NCBI GenBank assembly: GCA_963807125.1
Contig: CAWEAH010000006.1
Span: forward strand, 498,921 to 562,920
From: an uncultured Alphaproteobacteria bacterium
GTDB taxonomy: Bacteria > Pseudomonadota > Alphaproteobacteria > Rhizobiales > Xanthobacteraceae
Direction of reading: 5' to 3'
Length of the DNA stretch: 64,000 nucleotides
Shown one piece after another: positions 61,114-64,000 of this stretch. The notes beneath the pieces are model-generated. The model was not told the DNA's origin. It saw only the letters and a list, made by a program, of their open reading frames with translations, and searched no databases. How positions within the stretch are numbered: position 1 is the stretch's first letter; each line of letters begins with the position of its first letter. A program made the translations under genes and the position numbers.

Positions 61114-62178
61114 GCCGCGTCGCTCCACGCCGCCGCGGAATTGTCCAAGCAACTACCAAAAGTGTCGAACGCCTCGCCAAGAGCCTGCCGGACGATGACC
61201 GGATCGGTGCCGGTCAGGACGCGGCCGCGGTGCGCTTTGAGAAGGTGCGTCGGCGCGTTGACGGTCGCGGCCGCGGTCGTCAGCGCCCAACCCAGATGCT
61301 TGCGGGCGTGGCGCAGCCCGACGTCGACGCCATAATGGGCGAGTATGTCCTCATACAACGCGCCGATGAGGGCGTGCTGAACGACGAGCGGCGGCGTATC
61401 GGCGCGCTCTCCTGTCGCCAGATAGCGTGCGAGCTGGCCGGGAAACCACGGTCGGCCTTGAGCGCCGCGACCGACCATCACGGCATCGGCTCCGGACGCT
61501 GCAAGTGCGCACTCGGCATCCGCGAAACTGTCGATGTCGCCATTAACGACGACTGGGATTGAAACGCTGTCCTTAACCGCGCGCACCGCGGTCCAGTCGG
61601 CGCGTCCGGTGTAGAACTGGCAGCGCGTGCGGCCGTGCACGGTGACCAGCGTCACCCCGGCCAGTTCGGCGCGGCGCGCCAGTTCGGGCGCATTGCGGCT
61701 GCAGTCGTCCCAGCCTAGCCGCATTTTCAGAGTGACGGGAATTTTGATTGCCTTCACCGCGGCTTCGATCAAGGTGAGAGCGTGATCGAGATCGCGCATC
61801 AGAGCCGATCCGGATTGGCCGTTGGTGACGTGCTTCGCCGGGCAACCCATGTTGATGTCGACGATTGCGGCGCCGGCGTCCTCGGCGATCCGCGCACCCT
61901 CCGCCATCCATTGCGCCTCGCAACCGGCGATCTGAACGACATGAAGGCCTCGGCCTTGCGGCCGGATGCGCCTTGCTGCATTGCGTTTGCCTGTTGCGAG
62001 CGCTGCACAGGCGGTCATCTCGGAGATGACCAAACCGGCACCAAGCGACTGAACCTGACGTTCGGAACGGTGCGTCGGTAACCCCTGACATTGGTGCTAA
62101 AATAACCGGATTTGGAAGCTTTAGGCTGCCAACGGAGCATTCCCGGGCCAATCGTGATGGTTGAGTGACAGTGTTCAT
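61110..62178 (-). pseudogene. dusB: tRNA-dihydrouridine synthase DusB (NifR3), one frameshift near 62060
   Basis: N-terminus ...[21 protein letters not shown] in one frame, then VISEMTA...[12 protein letters not shown]...VTVHGRTR in ORF 61110..62033. Confidence 0.8.
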
Positions 62179-62397
62179 GTGCCCACTAAATAGGCGTAAA
62201 TAAACGCCTGCATATAGTTTAGCCAAAATATGGGGCGGCGCAAGTGCTGCACTGCAATATGCTGTGTGTGTCAACCGATTTGGCTAATGCTGGCAGTCAA
62301 GCCCGCACAGCCGTGTTATGTGCCCGCGCTCCGGTGCGAATTCGCCGATCGCCCGCACCTGCGCTAAAGCCTACCGCCAAACGGGAACAATCGATCT

Positions 62398-63580
62398 ATG
62401 ACCGGTAAAGTGGCCGCCATTGTCGTTGCAGCCGGCCGAGGCGAGCGCGCCGGCGGCGGAGTGGCGAAGCAATATCGGCCTATTGCCGGCGAGCCGATGA
62501 TTCGCCCGACGTTGCGCGCCTTCTTGAACCACGCCGGCGATCGAAACGGTGCAGCCGGTCATCGCCGGGGCGGACGAAGACCTCTACCGCGCGGCCACCG
62601 CGGGCTTGGAAAATTTGCAGGCGCCTGTTGCCGGCGGCGCGACGCGACAGGCCTCGGTCCGTGCCGGCCTCGAAGCGCTCGCGCCCATCGCACCGGGCCT
62701 CGTTCTCATTCACGACGCCGCGCGGCCGTTCTTGACCGGCGCCCTCATCGACCGCGCCATCGCTGCCGGAACCGCGACCGGCGCTGCGGTACCGGGCGTC
62801 ATGATTGCCGACACCGTCAAGACGATCGATGCCGCGGCGACTGTTGCCGAAACGCTGGACCGCAGCCGCTTGCGCATCGTACAGACGCCGCAAGCTTTCG
62901 CCTTCGATTTGATCGTCGATGCCCACCGCCGCGCTGCGGCTGTAGGGCTCGAAAGCTTCACCGACGATGCCGCGCTTGCCGAATGGGCCGGTCATCGCGT
63001 CAGCATTTTCGACGGCGAAGCAGGCAATGTGAAAGTGACCACCAACGAGGATTTTGCGCGCGCCGAAGTTCTGCATCTGGCAAACCTGTCCGATGTGCGC
63101 ACCGGCAACGGCTTTGATGTCCACGCCTTCGCCGACGGCGATCATGTCATGCTCGGCGGGGTGCGCATTCCGCATGCGCGCGGCGTGACCGGACATTCGG
63201 ACGCCGACGTGGCGCTGCATGCGCTGGTCGACGCCATTCTCGGCGCGCTCGCCGACGGCGATATCGGTTCGCATTTTCCGCCCAGCGATCCGCAATGGAA
63301 AGGCGTTTCCTCGGACCGTTTTCTGGCATTCGCCTGCGAGCGGGTCCGTGCGCGTCGCGGCATGATCGCGCATCTCGACGTGACCGTTGTCTGCGAAGCG
63401 CCGCGCATCTCGCCGCATCGCGACGCCATGCGCGAGCGCATCGCGGCGATCGCCGGCATTGCGGTTGACCGGGTCGGCGTCAAGGCCACCACCAGCGAGA
63501 AGATGGGCTTTACCGGCCGGGGCGAAGGCATCGTCGCCATGGCGACGGCGACGCTACGGTTGCCATGGAGTGCCGCATGA
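62398..63580 (+). pseudogene. ispDF: Bifunctional IspD/IspF (MEP cytidylyltransferase and MEcPP synthase), one frameshift near 62535
   Basis: [21 protein letters not shown], then VQPVIAG...LIHDAARPF...QTPQAF, and IspF motifs GNGFDVHAF...[12 protein letters not shown]. Confidence 0.85.
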
Positions 63581-64000
63581 GCGACGAGCCGTCGCGGCGG
63601 ATCGCTCGACGCGTCCTCGACCTCTGCCGGGCGCGCGGCTCCATATCGCCACTGCGGAATCCTGCACCGGCGGTCTCGTCGCGGCAGCCTTGACCGATAT
63701 TGCAGGATCCTCCGATGTGGTCGATTGCGGCCTTGTCACTTATTCCAACGAGGCCAAGCAAAAGCTGCTTGGCGTGCCGGCGGCGACGCTGGCGCGCCAT
63801 GGCGCGGTGAGCCGCGAGACCGCCGCCGCCATGGCCAAAGGCGCGCTGAAGAACTCGCAGGCCGATATTGCGGTGGCGATTACGGGTATCGCCGGACCCG
63901 GCGGCGGCTCGAAACGCAAGCCGGTCGGGCTCGTTTATTTTGCCGCGGCCAACCGCGACGGAAGCCGGCTCGCGCGGCGGCGGCGCTTCGGCAAGATCGG
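63577..64000 (+). pseudogene. CinA-family / PncC-like nicotinamide-nucleotide amidohydrolase, partial (runs off the right edge), one frameshift near 63645
   Basis: The ATG overlaps the ispDF stop. After the shift the translation reads IATAESCTGGLVAAALTDIAGSSDVVDCGLVTYSNEAKQKLLGV...ITGIAGPGGG. Confidence 0.7.

Overview
High-GC chromosomal segment, about two-thirds G+C by eye. Gene order is typical of Alphaproteobacteria/Hyphomicrobiales: dusB-ntrBC-ntrYX-dat-hfq-hflX-mazG, tmk-holB-metG-tatD-MBL and ispDF-cinA. Contents from left to right: (a) envelope and glycan genes: a DUF5009 acyltransferase, a secreted PIG-L deacetylase, DUF6165 with a TPR-sulfotransferase and a TPR-GT9-like gene, and IalB; (b) an orphan DevCA-like ABC pair; (c) a heavily frame-disrupted operon of a poxB-like enzyme, an enolase-superfamily enzyme, a membrane protein and a GMC dehydrogenase; (d) one co-directional block of about 12.8 kb holding alternative complex III (actABCDEF plus a G-like gene), SCO, a caa3-type cytochrome oxidase and an FNT channel; (e) a second three-subunit flavoprotein/cytochrome c dehydrogenase; (f) small stress proteins (DUF1236, DUF1328, DUF892, with Dps further right); (g) tRNA-Ser(UGA); (h) a GGDEF-EAL protein next to a BLUF photoreceptor; (i) cell-wall genes and housekeeping operons. 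Three main observations. (1) metG continues in frame, with no stop codon, into a low-GC module of about 220 aa that carries a HEPN-type R-x5-H motif and sits exactly between metG and tatD. (2) There are eight perfect GGAAC-N16/17-CGTT motifs (EcfG-type general stress promoters). All are intergenic and correctly oriented, and one lies in front of the ACIII-oxidase block. (3) There are roughly 40 or more reading-frame disruptions by my approximate manual count. They are very unevenly distributed and hit essential genes (holB, ispDF) as well as accessory operons, so many of the pseudogenes called here may be homopolymer indel errors. No CRISPR array, rRNA, transposase or integrase was seen. Family calls come from reading the translations and recognising motifs, not from database searches.
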